A stretch of 64,000 nt of DNA, from the NCBI RefSeq assembly GCF_054482595.1, contig NZ_CM137008.1; one strand, 5' to 3'. Position numbers and translations under genes: made by a program. This document shows positions 43,078-56,591 of the stretch, in pieces; position 1 is the stretch's first letter; each line of letters opens with the position of its first letter. The notes beneath the pieces were generated by a model that saw nothing but the letters and a program-made list of their open reading frames with translations, had not been told where the DNA came from and made no database searches.

Positions 43078-43986
43078 ATGGATCAAAAACGACTTACTCA
43101 CCTGCGGCAACTGGAGGCGGAAAGCATCCACATTATTCGCGAGGTGGCGGCAGAATTCTCAAATCCGGTGATGCTCTACTCTATCGGTAAAGATTCCAGC
43201 GTCATGCTGCATCTGGCGCGCAAGGCGTTTTATCCAGGTACGCTGCCTTTCCCGTTGCTGCATGTTGATACCGGCTGGAAATTCCGCGAGATGTATGAGT
43301 TCCGCGATCGTACTGCTAAAGCCTACGGCTGCGAGCTGCTGGTGCATAAAAACCCGGAAGGCGTGGCGATGGGGATTAATCCATTCATACACGGCAGCGC
43401 GAAACATACCGATATTATGAAAACTGAAGGCCTGAAACAGGCCCTGAACAAATACGGTTTTGATGCCGCCTTCGGTGGTGCGCGCCGTGACGAAGAGAAA
43501 TCCCGCGCAAAAGAGCGAATCTACTCTTTCCGTGACCGCTTCCATCGCTGGGATCCGAAAAATCAGCGCCCGGAGCTGTGGCACAACTACAACGGGCAAA
43601 TTAACAAAGGCGAAAGCATCCGCGTCTTCCCGCTCTCTAACTGGACCGAGCAGGATATCTGGCAATACATCTGGCTGGAAAATATCGACATTGTGCCGCT
43701 GTATCTCGCTGCGGAACGTCCGGTTCTGGAACGCGACGGTATGTTGATGATGATTGATGACAACCGTATCGACCTGCAACCGGGCGAAGTGATCAAAAAA
43801 CGGATGGTGCGTTTCCGTACGCTGGGCTGCTGGCCGCTGACCGGTGCGGTGGAGTCAAATGCACAAACACTGCCGGAAATCATCGAAGAGATGCTGGTTT
43901 CCACCACCAGTGAACGTCAGGGTCGCGTGATTGACCGCGACCAGGCTGGTTCTATGGAGCTGAAAAAACGTCAGGGGTATTTTTAA
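43078..43986 (+). CDS. cysD: Sulfate adenylyltransferase subunit 2
   Basis: 302 aa [30 protein letters not shown]. Confidence 0.95.
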   Translation: MDQKRLTHLRQLEAESIHIIREVAAEFSNPVMLYSIGKDSSVMLHLARKAFYPGTLPFPLLHVDTGWKFREMYEFRDRTAKAYGCELLVHKNPEGVAMGINPFIHGSAKHTDIMKTEGLKQALNKYGFDAAFGGARRDEEKSRAKERIYSFRDRFHRWDPKNQRPELWHNYNGQINKGESIRVFPLSNWTEQDIWQYIWLENIDIVPLYLAAERPVLERDGMLMMIDDNRIDLQPGEVIKKRMVRFRTLGCWPLTGAVESNAQTLPEIIEEMLVSTTSERQGRVIDRDQAGSMELKKRQGYF

Positions 43987-43987
43987 G

Positions 43988-45415
43988 ATGAACACCGCAC
44001 TTGCACAACAAATCGCCAATGAAGGCGGCGTCGAAGCCTGGATGATTGCGCAACAACATAAAAGCCTGCTGCGTTTTCTGACCTGTGGTAGCGTCGATGA
44101 CGGCAAAAGTACCCTGATTGGTCGTCTGCTGCACGATACCCGCCAAATCTATGAAGATCAGCTCTCATCGCTGCATAACGACAGCAAACGACACGGTACC
44201 CAGGGCGAGAAACTGGATTTGGCGTTGCTGGTGGATGGCCTGCAAGCTGAACGCGAACAGGGTATTACTATCGACGTGGCTTACCGTTATTTCTCTACCG
44301 AGAAGCGTAAATTTATTATCGCCGACACCCCCGGGCACGAGCAGTATACCCGCAATATGGCGACCGGCGCCTCAACGTGTGAGCTGGCGATCTTATTGAT
44401 CGACGCCCGTAAAGGCGTGCTCGATCAAACCCGTCGTCACAGTTTTATCTCCACGCTGCTGGGGATCAAACATCTGGTCGTAGCGATCAACAAAATGGAT
44501 CTGGTGGATTACAGTGAAGAGACATTCACCCGCATTCGTGAAGACTACCTGACTTTCGCCGAACAGTTACCTGGCAATCTGGATATTCGCTTTGTGCCGC
44601 TCTCTGCGCTGGAAGGCGACAACGTGGCTTCGCAAAGTGAAAGTATGCCGTGGTACAGCGGTCCGACACTGCTCGAAGTGCTGGAAACCGTGGAGATCCA
44701 GCGAGTGGTGGATGTCCAGCCAATGCGCTTCCCAGTGCAGTACGTTAACCGCCCAAATCTCGATTTTCGTGGCTACGCCGGAACGCTGGCATCCGGTCGC
44801 GTGGAAGTCGGGCAACGTGTAAAAGTGCTGCCCTCTGGTGTGGAATCAAACGTCGCGCGGATCGTGACTTTTGATGGTGATCGCGAAGAAGCCTTTGCCG
44901 GAGAAGCGATCACCCTGGTGCTGACGGATGAGATCGACATCAGCCGTGGCGATCTGCTGCTGGCGGCAGACGAAGCGTTACCAGCTGTGCAGAGCGCGTC
45001 GGTGGATGTGGTATGGATGGCGGAACAGCCGCTTTCCCCGGGCCAGAGTTATGACATCAAAATTGCCGGTAAGAAGACGCGTGCTCGTGTTGATGGCATT
45101 CGTTATCAGGTTGATATTAATAACCTTACCCAACGCGAAGTTGAAAACCTGCCGCTGAACGGCATCGGCCTGGTGGATCTCACTTTTGACGAGCCACTGG
45201 TGTTAGATCGTTATCAGCAAAACCCGGTTACCGGTGGGCTGATTTTTATCGATCGCCTGAGCAATGTGACCGTAGGTGCCGGTATGGTGCATGAGCCAGT
45301 TAGCCAGGCAACTGCTGCGCCATCTGAATTTAGTGCATTCGAACTGGAATTGAATGCCCTGGTTCGCCGCCACTTTCCACACTGGGGCGCGCGCGATTTG
45401 CTGGGGGATAAATAA
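43988..45415 (+). CDS. cysN: Sulfate adenylyltransferase subunit 1 (GTPase)
   Basis: 475 aa ORF; GTP-binding motifs GSVDDGKST and DTPGHEQY. Confidence 0.95.
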
Positions 45416-46020
45416 TGGCGCTGCATGACGAAAACGTCGTCTGGCATAGCCATCCGGTCACTGTGCAACAACGCGAGCTACACCACGGTCATCGTGGTGT
45501 AGTGCTGTGGTTTACCGGCCTCTCCGGGTCCGGTAAATCAACGGTCGCCGGGGCGCTGGAGGAGGCGTTACATAAACTCGGCGTTAGTACGTATCTGCTG
45601 GATGGCGATAATGTTCGCCACGGATTATGCAGCGATCTCGGTTTTAGCGATGCCGATCGTAAAGAGAATATCCGTCGCGTCGGTGAAGTGGCGAATTTGA
45701 TGGTTGAAGCCGGACTGGTGGTGCTGACCGCATTTATCTCGCCACACCGCGCCGAACGCCAGATGGTTCGCGAACGCGTAGGAGAAGGGCGCTTTATCGA
45801 AGTGTTTGTCGATACGCCGCTGGCGATTTGCGAAGCCCGCGATCCAAAAGGCTTATATAAGAAAGCGCGTGCCGGTGAACTGCGCAACTTTACGGGAATA
45901 GATTCCGTTTACGAAGCGCCTGAATCGGCAGAAATTCATCTCAATGGTGAACAATTAGTAACAAATTTGGTACAGCAATTATTAGATCTGTTGAGACAGA
46001 ACGATATTATCAGATCCTGA
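45415..46020 (+). CDS. cysC: Adenylylsulfate kinase
   Basis: 201 aa ORF; P-loop GLSGSGKST. Confidence 0.95.
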
Positions 46021-46069
46021 GACACCACCGGGTTTCCATGCCCGGTTCGTCAAAGTAACAGGATCAAAT

Positions 46070-46393
46070 ATGCGTAATAGCCATAACATTACACTAACAA
46101 ATAACGACAGCCTTACTGAGGATGAAGAAACCACATGGTCACTGCCTGGTGCCGTGGTCGGTTTTATCTCCTGGTTATTTGCGCTGGCGATGCCGATGTT
46201 GATTTATGGCTCTAACACGCTGTTCTTCTTTATCTACACCTGGCCTTTCTTTCTGGCACTGATGCCTGTCGCGGTAGTGGTGGGGATTGCGCTGCATTCA
46301 TTGATGGACGGAAAGCTACGCTACAGTATTGTTTTCACCCTGATGACAGTAGGCATTATGTTTGGCGCACTGTTTATGTGGCTACTGGGCTAA
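46070..46393 (+). CDS. ygbE: Small inner-membrane protein YgbE
   Basis: 107 aa hydrophobic ORF MRNSHNITLTNNDSLTEDEETTW. Confidence 0.8.
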   Translation: MRNSHNITLTNNDSLTEDEETTWSLPGAVVGFISWLFALAMPMLIYGSNTLFFFIYTWPFFLALMPVAVVVGIALHSLMDGKLRYSIVFTLMTVGIMFGALFMWLLG

Positions 46394-46586
46394 TTTGTAC
46401 TTTCCCGTCTCCTCTGTTCATAATTCAAACCGTAACTAATAATGAGATTATGTTCTGCACGCCCTGGGTATACGTAACAATGGACAAATGTGGTACATTT
46501 GCCCGCGTTGTCGCGGTATCCCCAACAGAGGATGTAGAGTCGTCTTCGGATGCATGGGATGATGATGCCGTTTTTCAGGGGGCAGG

Positions 46587-46898
46587 ATGGGTAAACTAAC
46601 GCTGCTGTTGCTGGCTATTCTGGTCTGGCTACAGTATTCGCTGTGGTTCGGTAAGAACGGTATACATGACTATACCCGCGTCAATGATGATGTGGCGGCA
46701 CAGCAAGCTACAAACGCGAAACTTAAAGCGCGAAACGATCAACTTTTTGCCGAAATTGACGATCTCAATGGCGGCCAGGAGGCGCTCGAAGAGCGTGCGC
46801 GTAATGAACTCAGCATGACCAGGCCGGGCGAAACTTTTTATCGTCTGGTACCTGACGCGTCGAAGCGCGCACAGTCTGCGGGGCAAAACAATCGATAA
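46587..46898 (+). CDS. ftsB: Cell division protein FtsB
   Basis: 103 aa [32 protein letters not shown]. Confidence 0.93.
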
Positions 46899-46916
46899 AT
46901 CAGCCCGGGAATTAAC

Positions 46917-47627
46917 ATGGCAACCACTCATTTGGATGTTTGCGCCGTGGTTCCGGCGGCCGGATTTGGCCGTCGAATGCAAACGGAATGTCCTAAGCAA
47001 TATCTCTCAATCGGTAATCAAACCATTCTTGAACACTCGGTGCATGCGCTGCTGGCGCATCCCCGGGTGAAACGTGTCGTCATTGCCATAAGTCCTGGCG
47101 ATAGCCGTTTTGCACAACTTCCTCTGGCGAATCATCCGCAAATCACCGTTGTAGATGGCGGTGATGAGCGTGCCGATTCCGTGCTGGCAGGTTTGAAAGC
47201 CGCTGGCGACGCGCAGTGGGTATTGGTGCATGACGCCGCTCGTCCTTGTCTGCATCAGGATGACCTCGCGCGATTGTTGGCGTTGAGCGAAACCAGCCGC
47301 ACGGGAGGGATCCTAGCAGCACCAGTGCGCGATACTATGAAACGTGCCGAACCGGGCAAAAATGCCATTGCTCATACCGTTGATCGCAACGGCTTATGGC
47401 ACGCGCTGACGCCGCAATTTTTCCCTCGTGAGCTGTTACATGACTGTCTGACGCGCGCTCTAAATGAAGGCGCGACTATTACCGACGAAGCCTCGGCGCT
47501 GGAATATTGCGGATTCCATCCTCAGTTGGTCGAAGGCCGTGCGGATAACATTAAAGTCACGCGCCCGGAGGATTTGGCACTGGCCGAGTTTTACCTCACC
47601 CGAACCATCCATCAGGAGAATACATAA
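46917..47627 (+). CDS. ispD: 2-C-methyl-D-erythritol 4-phosphate cytidylyltransferase
   Basis: 236 aa [25 protein letters not shown]. Confidence 0.94.
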
Positions 47628-48106
47628 TGCGAATTGGACACGGTTTTGACGTACACGCCTTTGGCGGTGAAGGCCCAATTATCATTGGTGGCGTACGCAT
47701 TCCTTACGAAAAAGGATTGCTGGCGCATTCTGATGGCGACGTGGCGCTCCATGCGTTGACCGATGCATTGCTTGGCGCGGCGGCGCTGGGGGATATCGGC
47801 AAACTGTTCCCGGATACCGATCCGGCATTTAAAGGTGCCGATAGCCGCGAGCTGCTACGCGAAGCCTGGCGTCGTATTCAGGCGAAGGGTTATACCCTTG
47901 GCAACGTCGATGTCACTATCATAGCTCAGGCACCGAAGATGTTGCCGCACATTCCACAAATGCGCGTGTTTATTGCCGAAGATCTCGGCTGCCATATGGA
48001 TGATGTTAACGTGAAAGCCACTACTACGGAAAAACTTGGATTTACCGGACGTGGGGAAGGGATTGCCTGTGAAGCGGTGGCGCTACTCATTAAGGCAACA
48101 AAATGA
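47627..48106 (+). CDS. ispF: 2-C-methyl-D-erythritol 2,4-cyclodiphosphate synthase
   Basis: 159 aa [42 protein letters not shown]. Confidence 0.95.
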
Positions 48107-49132
48107 TTGAGTTTGATAATCTCACTTACCTCCACGGTAAACCGCAAGGCACCGGGCTGCTGAAAGCCAATCCGGAAGACTTTGTGGTGGTGGAAGATTT
48201 GGGCTTTGAGCCTGATGGTGAAGGTGAGCATATTCTGGTTAGAATCCTCAAAAACGGCTGCAATACCCGTTTTGTGGCGGATGCACTGGCGAAATTCCTG
48301 AAAATTCATGCCCGTGAAGTCAGCTTTGCTGGGCAAAAAGACAAACATGCTGTTACAGAACAGTGGTTATGCGCTCGCGTGCCGGGCAAGGAAATGCCCG
48401 ATCTGAGCGCCTTTCAATTGGAAGGCTGCCAGGTACTGGAGTATGCGCGGCACAAGCGCAAGCTGCGTTTAGGGGCGCTGAAAGGTAACGCCTTTACCCT
48501 GGTTCTGCGCGAAGTGAGCAATCGCGATGACGTTGAACAACGTCTGATCGATATTTGCGTAAAAGGTGTACCGAACTACTTCGGTGCCCAACGTTTTGGG
48601 ATTGGCGGTAGCAACTTGCAGGGCGCGCTGCGCTGGGCGCAAACCAATACTCCGGTGCGCGATCGCAATAAACGGAGTTTTTGGTTGTCGGCAGCCCGCA
48701 GTGCGTTGTTTAATCAGATTGTTGCTGAGCGCCTCAAAAAAGCAGACGTTAATCAAGTTGTTGACGGCGATGCGCTACAATTAGCCGGACGTGGTAGCTG
48801 GTTTGTAGCAACCACCGAAGAATTGGCGGAATTACAGCGTCGCGTCAACGATAAAGAGCTGATGATAACCGCCGCATTGCCGGGCAGTGGCGAATGGGGA
48901 ACTCAGCGTGAAGCGCTGGCATTCGAACAAGCAGCTGTCGCCGCAGAAACTGAATTACAAGCTTTACTGGTGCGCGAAAAAGTTGAAGCCGCGCGCAGAG
49001 CGATGCTGCTGTATCCGCAACAATTAAGCTGGAATTGGTGGGATGACGTCACCGTAGAGATCCGTTTCTGGCTTCCGGCGGGTAGTTTTGCAACCAGCGT
49101 TGTCAGGGAACTTATCAACACAACAGGTGATT

Positions 49133-49152
<20 letters not shown>
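48103..49152 (+). CDS. truD: tRNA pseudouridine13 synthase
   Basis: 349 aa [38 protein letters not shown]. Confidence 0.93.
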
Positions 49153-50514
<1,362 letters not shown>

Positions 50515-50653
50515 AACGTGAGGAAATACCTGGATTTTTCCTGGTTATTTTGCCGCAGGTCAGCGTATCGTGAACATCTTTTCCAGTGTTCAGTATGGTG
50601 CCTTGCACGGTAATTATGTCACTGGTTATTAACCAATTTTTCCTGGGGGATAA

Positions 50654-51793
50654 ATGAGCGCGGGAAGCCCAAAATTCACCGTTCGCCGCATTGCGGCTTT
50701 GTCACTGGTTTCGCTATGGCTGGCAGGCTGTTCTGACACTTCAAATCCACCGGCACCGGTCAGCTCCGTTAATGGCAATGCGCCTGCAAATACCAATTCT
50801 GGTATGTTGATTACGCCGCCGCCGAAAATGGGGACGACGTCTACAGCGCAGCAACCGCAAATTCAGCCGGTACAGCAGCCACAAATTCAGGCTACTCAAC
50901 AACCGCAAATCCAGCCAGTGCAGCCAGTAGCTCAGCAGCCGGTACAGATGGAAAACGGACGAATCGTCTACAACCGTCAGTATGGGAACATTCCGAAAGG
51001 CAGTTATAGCGGCAGTACATACACCGTGAAAAAAGGCGACACACTTTTCTATATCGCCTGGATTACTGGCAACGATTTCCGTGACCTTGCTCAGCGCAAC
51101 AATATTCAGGCACCATACGCGCTGAACGTTGGTCAGACCTTACAGGTGGGGAATGCTTCCGGTACGCCAATCACTGGCGGAAATGCCATTACCCAGGCCG
51201 ACGCAGCAGAGCAAGGAGTTGTGATCAAGCCTGCACAAAATTCCACCGTTGCTGTTGCGTCGCAACCGACAATTACGTATTCTGAGTCTTCGGGTGAACA
51301 GAGTGCTAACAAAATGTTGCCGAACAACAAGCCAACTGCGACCACGGTCACAGCGCCTGTAACGGTACCAACAGCAAGCACAACCGAGCCGACTGTCAGC
51401 AGTACATCAACCAGTACGCCTATCTCCACCTGGCGCTGGCCGACTGAGGGCAAAGTGATCGAAACCTTTGGCGCTTCTGAGGGGGGCAACAAGGGGATTG
51501 ATATCGCAGGCAGCAAAGGACAGGCAATTATCGCGACCGCAGATGGCCGCGTTGTTTATGCTGGTAACGCGCTGCGCGGCTACGGTAATCTGATTATCAT
51601 CAAACATAATGATGATTACCTGAGTGCCTACGCCCATAACGACACAATGCTGGTCCGGGAACAACAAGAAGTGAAGGCGGGGCAAAAAATAGCAACCATG
51701 GGTAGCACCGGAACCAGTTCAACACGCTTGCATTTTGAAATTCGTTACAAGGGGAAATCCGTAAACCCGCTGCGTTATTTGCCGCAGCGATAA
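50654..51793 (+). CDS. nlpD: Lipoprotein NlpD (LysM + M23 peptidase-like)
   Basis: 379 aa ORF with lipobox LAGC and QPQIQ repeats; rpoS promoter/leader lies inside the 3' half in K-12. Confidence 0.93.
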   Translation: MSAGSPKFTVRRIAALSLVSLWLAGCSDTSNPPAPVSSVNGNAPANTNSGMLITPPPKMGTTSTAQQPQIQPVQQPQIQATQQPQIQPVQPVAQQPVQMENGRIVYNRQYGNIPKGSYSGSTYTVKKGDTLFYIAWITGNDFRDLAQRNNIQAPYALNVGQTLQVGNASGTPITGGNAITQADAAEQGVVIKPAQNSTVAVASQPTITYSESSGEQSANKMLPNNKPTATTVTAPVTVPTASTTEPTVSSTSTSTPISTWRWPTEGKVIETFGASEGGNKGIDIAGSKGQAIIATADGRVVYAGNALRGYGNLIIIKHNDDYLSAYAHNDTMLVREQQEVKAGQKIATMGSTGTSSTRLHFEIRYKGKSVNPLRYLPQR

Positions 51794-51855
51794 ATCGGCG
51801 GAACCAGGCTTTTGCTTGAATGTTCCGTCAAGGGATCACGGGTAGGAGCCACCTT

Positions 51856-52848
51856 ATGAGTCAGAATACGCTGAAAGTTCATGATTTAAATGAAGATGCG
51901 GAATTTGATGAGAACGGAGTTGAGGTTTTTGACGAAAAGGCCTTAGTAGAAGAGGAACCCAGTGATAACGATTTGGCCGAAGAGGAACTGTTATCGCAGG
52001 GAGCCACACAGCGTGTGTTGGACGCGACTCAGCTTTACCTTGGTGAGATTGGTTATTCACCACTGTTAACGGCCGAAGAAGAAGTTTATTTTGCGCGTCG
52101 CGCACTGCGTGGAGATGTCGCCTCTCGCCGCCGGATGATCGAGAGTAACTTGCGTCTGGTGGTAAAAATTGCCCGCCGTTATGGCAATCGTGGTCTGGCG
52201 TTGCTGGACCTTATCGAAGAGGGCAACCTGGGGCTGATCCGCGCGGTAGAGAAGTTTGACCCGGAACGTGGTTTCCGCTTCTCAACATACGCAACCTGGT
52301 GGATTCGCCAGACGATTGAACGGGCGATTATGAACCAAACCCGTACTATTCGTTTGCCGATTCACATCGTAAAGGAGCTGAACGTTTACCTGCGAACCGC
52401 ACGTGAGTTGTCCCATAAGCTGGACCATGAACCAAGTGCGGAAGAGATCGCAGAGCAACTGGATAAGCCAGTTGATGACGTCAGCCGTATGCTTCGTCTT
52501 AACGAGCGCATTACCTCGGTAGACACCCCGCTGGGTGGTGATTCCGAAAAAGCGTTGCTGGACATCCTGGCCGATGAAAAAGAGAACGGTCCGGAAGATA
52601 CCACGCAAGATGACGATATGAAGCAGAGCATCGTCAAATGGCTGTTCGAGCTGAACGCCAAACAGCGTGAAGTACTGGCACGTCGATTCGGTTTGCTGGG
52701 GTACGAAGCGGCAACACTGGAAGATGTAGGTCGTGAAATTGGCCTCACCCGTGAACGTGTTCGCCAGATTCAGGTTGAAGGCCTGCGCCGTTTGCGCGAA
52801 ATCCTGCAAACGCAGGGGCTGAATATCGAAGCGCTGTTCCGCGAATAA
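51856..52848 (+). CDS. rpoS: RNA polymerase sigma factor RpoS (sigma-38), apparently intact
   Basis: ATG at 51856 ([20 protein letters not shown]), 330 aa, no internal stop; ORF-track start 51820 is an upstream extension. Confidence 0.95.
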   Translation: MSQNTLKVHDLNEDAEFDENGVEVFDEKALVEEEPSDNDLAEEELLSQGATQRVLDATQLYLGEIGYSPLLTAEEEVYFARRALRGDVASRRRMIESNLRLVVKIARRYGNRGLALLDLIEEGNLGLIRAVEKFDPERGFRFSTYATWWIRQTIERAIMNQTRTIRLPIHIVKELNVYLRTARELSHKLDHEPSAEEIAEQLDKPVDDVSRMLRLNERITSVDTPLGGDSEKALLDILADEKENGPEDTTQDDDMKQSIVKWLFELNAKQREVLARRFGLLGYEAATLEDVGREIGLTRERVRQIQVEGLRRLREILQTQGLNIEALFRE

Positions 52849-52861
52849 GTAAGCATCTGTC

Positions 52862-52898
52862 AGAAAGGCCAGTCTCAAGCGAGGCTGGCCTTTTTCTT
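52862..52898 (+). terminator. rpoS rho-independent terminator
   Basis: gaaaggccagtctcaagcgaggctggcctttttctttt. Confidence 0.8.
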
Positions 52899-52967
52899 TT
52901 GTTTGGGAAGCTTGTGTTTTTGTCGCCTGGATAAGACACGTCAGCGTCCTACCCGGCAATTTGCATC

Positions 52968-53375
52968 CTATGTGTTCATCATCTTGCGCACCAGCTGCAC
53001 AAACAGCTCCTGCTCTTCTGCACTCAAACGCCCCAAAAATTCCTCATCCACGCTGTCACCAATCGGTATCGCCGCAGCAAGTATCTTTTCTCCTTCGGCA
53101 GTCAGCCAGACAAAGCGACGCCGCTTGTCAGCGGCATCATGTTCACGTCTGACTAAGCCACGATTCTCCATTCTTGCCAACATTTCTGCCAACGTTGCTT
53201 TGGTGCTGACTGCTGCTTCTATCAGTGCCACCTGTTCGATACCAGGCTTATCAGCAATGGCGCGCATCACCGCATACTGTGGTTTGGTCAGGTCAGGTAA
53301 CTCGTGCTGCCAGCGAGCCGTGTGCTGCTGAAAAAGCTGTCGTAACTGATGGAACGCTTTATTTCGTAACGCCAT
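52968..53375 (-). CDS. hosA: MarR/SlyA-family transcriptional regulator (HosA-like)
   Basis: Likely start MALRNKAFHQLRQLFQQ inside ORF 52968..53408; winged-helix MarR-like region; symbol recalled from pathogenic E. coli literature. Confidence 0.75.
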   Translation of the reverse strand: MALRNKAFHQLRQLFQQHTARWQHELPDLTKPQYAVMRAIADKPGIEQVALIEAAVSTKATLAEMLARMENRGLVRREHDAADKRRRFVWLTAEGEKILAAAIPIGDSVDEEFLGRLSAEEQELFVQLVRKMMNT

Positions 53376-53521
53376 GTAAACTCCGGGCAAACTATCTGCC
53401 GCTATCATAGCGGTTTTTCAGTGACGAAGGGGATGTTGTTACTTTTCAGTGCTTGCCGCAATGAGAACAGAGGCGTATTTTAATAATAACGTTCGTATAC
53501 GAACAATTAAGAGAGTAAGCA

Positions 53522-54115
53522 ATGAAACTGATCGTCGGTATGACAGGGGCTACCGGTGCGCCTCTTGGTGTGGCATTACTGCAAGCGCTGCGGGAGATGC
53601 CGAATGTCGAGACTCATCTGGTGATGTCGAAGTGGGCGAAAACCACCATTGAACTGGAAACGCCTTACAGCGCCCGCGATGTTGCTGCCCTCGCTGACTT
53701 CAGCCATAACCCGGCGGATCAGGCGGCGACCATCTCCTCAGGTTCCTTTCGTACCGACGGCATGATCGTTATTCCGTGCAGTATGAAAACGCTCGCCGGT
53801 ATCCGCGCTGGTTACGCTGATGGCCTGGTAGGGCGCGCGGCGGACGTCGTGCTCAAAGAAGGCCGCAAACTGGTGCTGGTGCCGCGTGAAATGCCGCTTA
53901 GCACCATCCATCTCGAAAATATGCTCGCACTTTCACGCATGGGCGTGGCGATGGTGCCGCCGATGCCTGCCTTTTATAACCATCCCGAAACGGTAGATGA
54001 CATTGTCCACCATGTAGTAGCCCGCGTGCTGGATCAATTTGGCCTCGAACATCCCCACGCCAGGCGCTGGCAAGGATTGCCGCAGGTCCGGAATTTTTAT
54101 CAGGAGAATGAATAA
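53522..54115 (+). CDS. ecdB: UbiX-like flavin prenyltransferase (decarboxylase B subunit)
   Basis: 197 aa ORF MKLIVGMTGATGAPLGVALLQALREMPNVETHLVMSKWA. Confidence 0.85.
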   Translation: MKLIVGMTGATGAPLGVALLQALREMPNVETHLVMSKWAKTTIELETPYSARDVAALADFSHNPADQAATISSGSFRTDGMIVIPCSMKTLAGIRAGYADGLVGRAADVVLKEGRKLVLVPREMPLSTIHLENMLALSRMGVAMVPPMPAFYNHPETVDDIVHHVVARVLDQFGLEHPHARRWQGLPQVRNFYQENE

Positions 54116-55542
54116 TGGCATTTGATGATTTACGCAGCTTTTTACAGGCGCTTGATGACCACGGCCAGTTACTGAAAATCAGCGAAGAGGTGAACGCGGA
54201 ACCGGATCTGGCTGCCGCTGCCAACGCCACCGGGCGTATCGGCGATGGTGCACCGGCGCTGTGGTTTGATAATATTCGCGGTTTTACCGATGCCCGCGTG
54301 GCGATGAATACCATCGGTTCCTGGCAGAACCACGCGATTTCCCTGGGCCTGCCGCCAAACACCCCGGTTAAAAAACAGATTGATGAGTTTATCCGCCGCT
54401 GGGATAACTTCCCGATCGCCCCGGAGCGCCGCGCCAATCCAGCCTGGGCGCAGAACACCGTCGATGGTGACGAGATTAATCTGTTCGATATCCTGCCGCT
54501 GTTTCGTTTAAACGACGGTGATGGCGGTTTCTATCTCGACAAAGCGTGCGTGGTTTCCCGCGATCCGCTCGACCCGGATAACTTCGGCAAGCAGAACGTC
54601 GGCATCTACCGCATGGAAGTGAAGGGCAAGCGTAAGCTCGGCCTGCAACCGGTGCCGATGCACGATATCGCCCTGCATCTGCATAAAGCAGAAGAGCGCG
54701 GTGAAGATCTACCTATTGCGATCACGCTCGGTAACGATCCGATCATCACGCTGATGGGCGCAACGCCACTGAAATACGATCAGTCTGAGTATGAAATGGC
54801 AGGCGCGCTGCGTGAAAGCCCGTACCCGATCGCCACCGCCCCGCTGACCGGTTTTGATGTGCCGTGGGGTTCAGAAGTGATCCTCGAAGGGGTCATCGAA
54901 AGCCGTAAACGCGAAATTGAAGGGCCGTTCGGTGAGTTTACCGGACACTACTCCGGCGGGCGTAACATGACCGTGGTGCGCATCGATAAAGTCTCTTACC
55001 GCACCAGGCCGATTTTCGAATCGCTGTACCTCGGCATGCCGTGGACCGAAATCGACTACCTGATGGGGCCAGCCACCTGTGTGCCGCTGTATCAGCAACT
55101 TAAAGCCGAGTTCCCGGAAGTACAGGCGGTGAACGCCATGTACACCCACGGCCTGCTGGCGATTATCTCCACCAAAAAACGCTACGGCGGCTTTGCCCGC
55201 GCGGTGGGCCTGCGTGCGATGACCACGCCGCACGGTCTGGGCTACGTAAAGATGGTGATTATGGTCGATGAAGACGTTGACCCGTTCAACCTGCCGCAGG
55301 TGATGTGGGCGCTCTCCTCGAAAGTAAATCCGGCAGGGGATTTGGTGCAGTTGCCGAATATGTCCGTGCTGGAACTCGACCCTGGCTCAAGCCCGGCGGG
55401 GATCACCGACAAGCTGATTATCGACGCCACCACGCCTGTCGCCCCGGACAACCGTGGTCACTACAGCCAGCCGGTGGTGGATTTGCCGGAAACCAAAGCC
55501 TGGGCTGAAAAACTGACCGCTATGCTGGCCGCACGTAAATAA
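54115..55542 (+). CDS. ecdC: UbiD-family aromatic acid decarboxylase (C subunit)
   Basis: 475 aa ORF MAFDDLRSFLQALDDHGQLLKISEEVNAEPDLAAAANA; start overlaps ecdB stop. Confidence 0.85.
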   Translation: MAFDDLRSFLQALDDHGQLLKISEEVNAEPDLAAAANATGRIGDGAPALWFDNIRGFTDARVAMNTIGSWQNHAISLGLPPNTPVKKQIDEFIRRWDNFPIAPERRANPAWAQNTVDGDEINLFDILPLFRLNDGDGGFYLDKACVVSRDPLDPDNFGKQNVGIYRMEVKGKRKLGLQPVPMHDIALHLHKAEERGEDLPIAITLGNDPIITLMGATPLKYDQSEYEMAGALRESPYPIATAPLTGFDVPWGSEVILEGVIESRKREIEGPFGEFTGHYSGGRNMTVVRIDKVSYRTRPIFESLYLGMPWTEIDYLMGPATCVPLYQQLKAEFPEVQAVNAMYTHGLLAIISTKKRYGGFARAVGLRAMTTPHGLGYVKMVIMVDEDVDPFNLPQVMWALSSKVNPAGDLVQLPNMSVLELDPGSSPAGITDKLIIDATTPVAPDNRGHYSQPVVDLPETKAWAEKLTAMLAARK

Positions 55543-55552
55543 GGAGAACAAG

Positions 55553-55789
55553 ATGATTTGTCCACGTTGTGCCGATGAACAGATTGAAGTGATGGCGAAA
55601 TCGCCGGTGAAAGATGTCTGGACGGTATATCAGTGCCAGCATTGCCTTTATACCTGGCGCGATACCGAACCGCTGCGCCGTACCAGCCGCGAACATTATC
55701 CCGAAGCGTTCCGCATGACGCAGAAAGATATTGATGACGCGCCAATGGTGCCGAGCATCCCGCCGCTGCTGGCGGAAGGTAAGCGCTAA
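55553..55789 (+). CDS. ecdD: Small decarboxylase D subunit with 4-Cys zinc-ribbon-like motif
   Basis: 78 aa ORF MICPRCADEQIEVMAKSPVKDVWTVYQCQHCLYTWRD. Confidence 0.8.
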   Translation: MICPRCADEQIEVMAKSPVKDVWTVYQCQHCLYTWRDTEPLRRTSREHYPEAFRMTQKDIDDAPMVPSIPPLLAEGKR

Positions 55790-55829
55790 TAAAAAGTGCC
55801 GGGTAGTGGCTTTGCTTTACCCGGCCTCA

Positions 55830-56486
55830 TTACTTTATTTTATAAAATGACAGCCGCCCGCTTTTCGGCGATCCGGTATCAATATAAATCTGGTTAGCGA
55901 ACGTCTGAATGTTATCAAACATCATATGTCCAAATATAAAATAATCAGCGCCGTTTATTTGTTGTAACTCGCCATTAAGCGATTTCTGCACACGATCAAC
56001 AGGCCAGAGTAATTCGCTCTCCGCTATTTCTTTACCAAAGAGATATTCACTCCCCGGATAATCTGCATGTGCGATGACATATTTTATGTTGTCGTTAGTG
56101 ATTTCAATAATATGTGGAAGGTGATGGAATTTCAGCAACAGATCTGTAGCTTCTTTTTGCTCTGAATCATTTAAATCGAAAAACCAGTCACCACCGCTGG
56201 CAAGCCACATATTGCCATCGCCGGTCGCGAACGCATCCAGCGCCATTGCTTCGTGGTTGCCTTTAACGGAGATAAACCAGGGCTGGTTTAGCAGGCGCAG
56301 GACGTTAAGACTCTCCGGCCCACGATCAATATTATCGCCGACAGAAATAAGTAAGTCGGTTTCGGGGAAAAAAGAGAGTTGATGTAAGCGGGATTGTAAT
56401 AACTGATATTCACCATGAATATCACCAACGACCCATATATGGCGATAGTGATGGGCATTGATTTTTTGATAGCGTGTAGATGGCAT
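55830..56486 (-). CDS. pphB: Serine/threonine protein phosphatase 2
   Basis: 218 aa ORF MPSTRYQKINAHHYRHIWVVGDIHGEYQLL; metallophosphatase GDxHG motif. Confidence 0.92.
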   Translation of the reverse strand: MPSTRYQKINAHHYRHIWVVGDIHGEYQLLQSRLHQLSFFPETDLLISVGDNIDRGPESLNVLRLLNQPWFISVKGNHEAMALDAFATGDGNMWLASGGDWFFDLNDSEQKEATDLLLKFHHLPHIIEITNDNIKYVIAHADYPGSEYLFGKEIAESELLWPVDRVQKSLNGELQQINGADYFIFGHMMFDNIQTFANQIYIDTGSPKSGRLSFYKIK

Positions 56487-56591
56487 GGTTTTACCCTGTA
56501 AAATAAGCTTTCCTATTATACAGGGTATTTTTATTTGATTCGTCAGTTATCGTTAATATTCCCGATAGCAAAAGACTATCGGGAATTATTA

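Noticed and set aside
46378-46599. 73-aa ORF in the ygbE-ftsB intergenic region
   Set aside because: Overlaps ygbE 3' end and ftsB start, no ribosome-binding site, not hydrophobic or domain-like; likely spurious.
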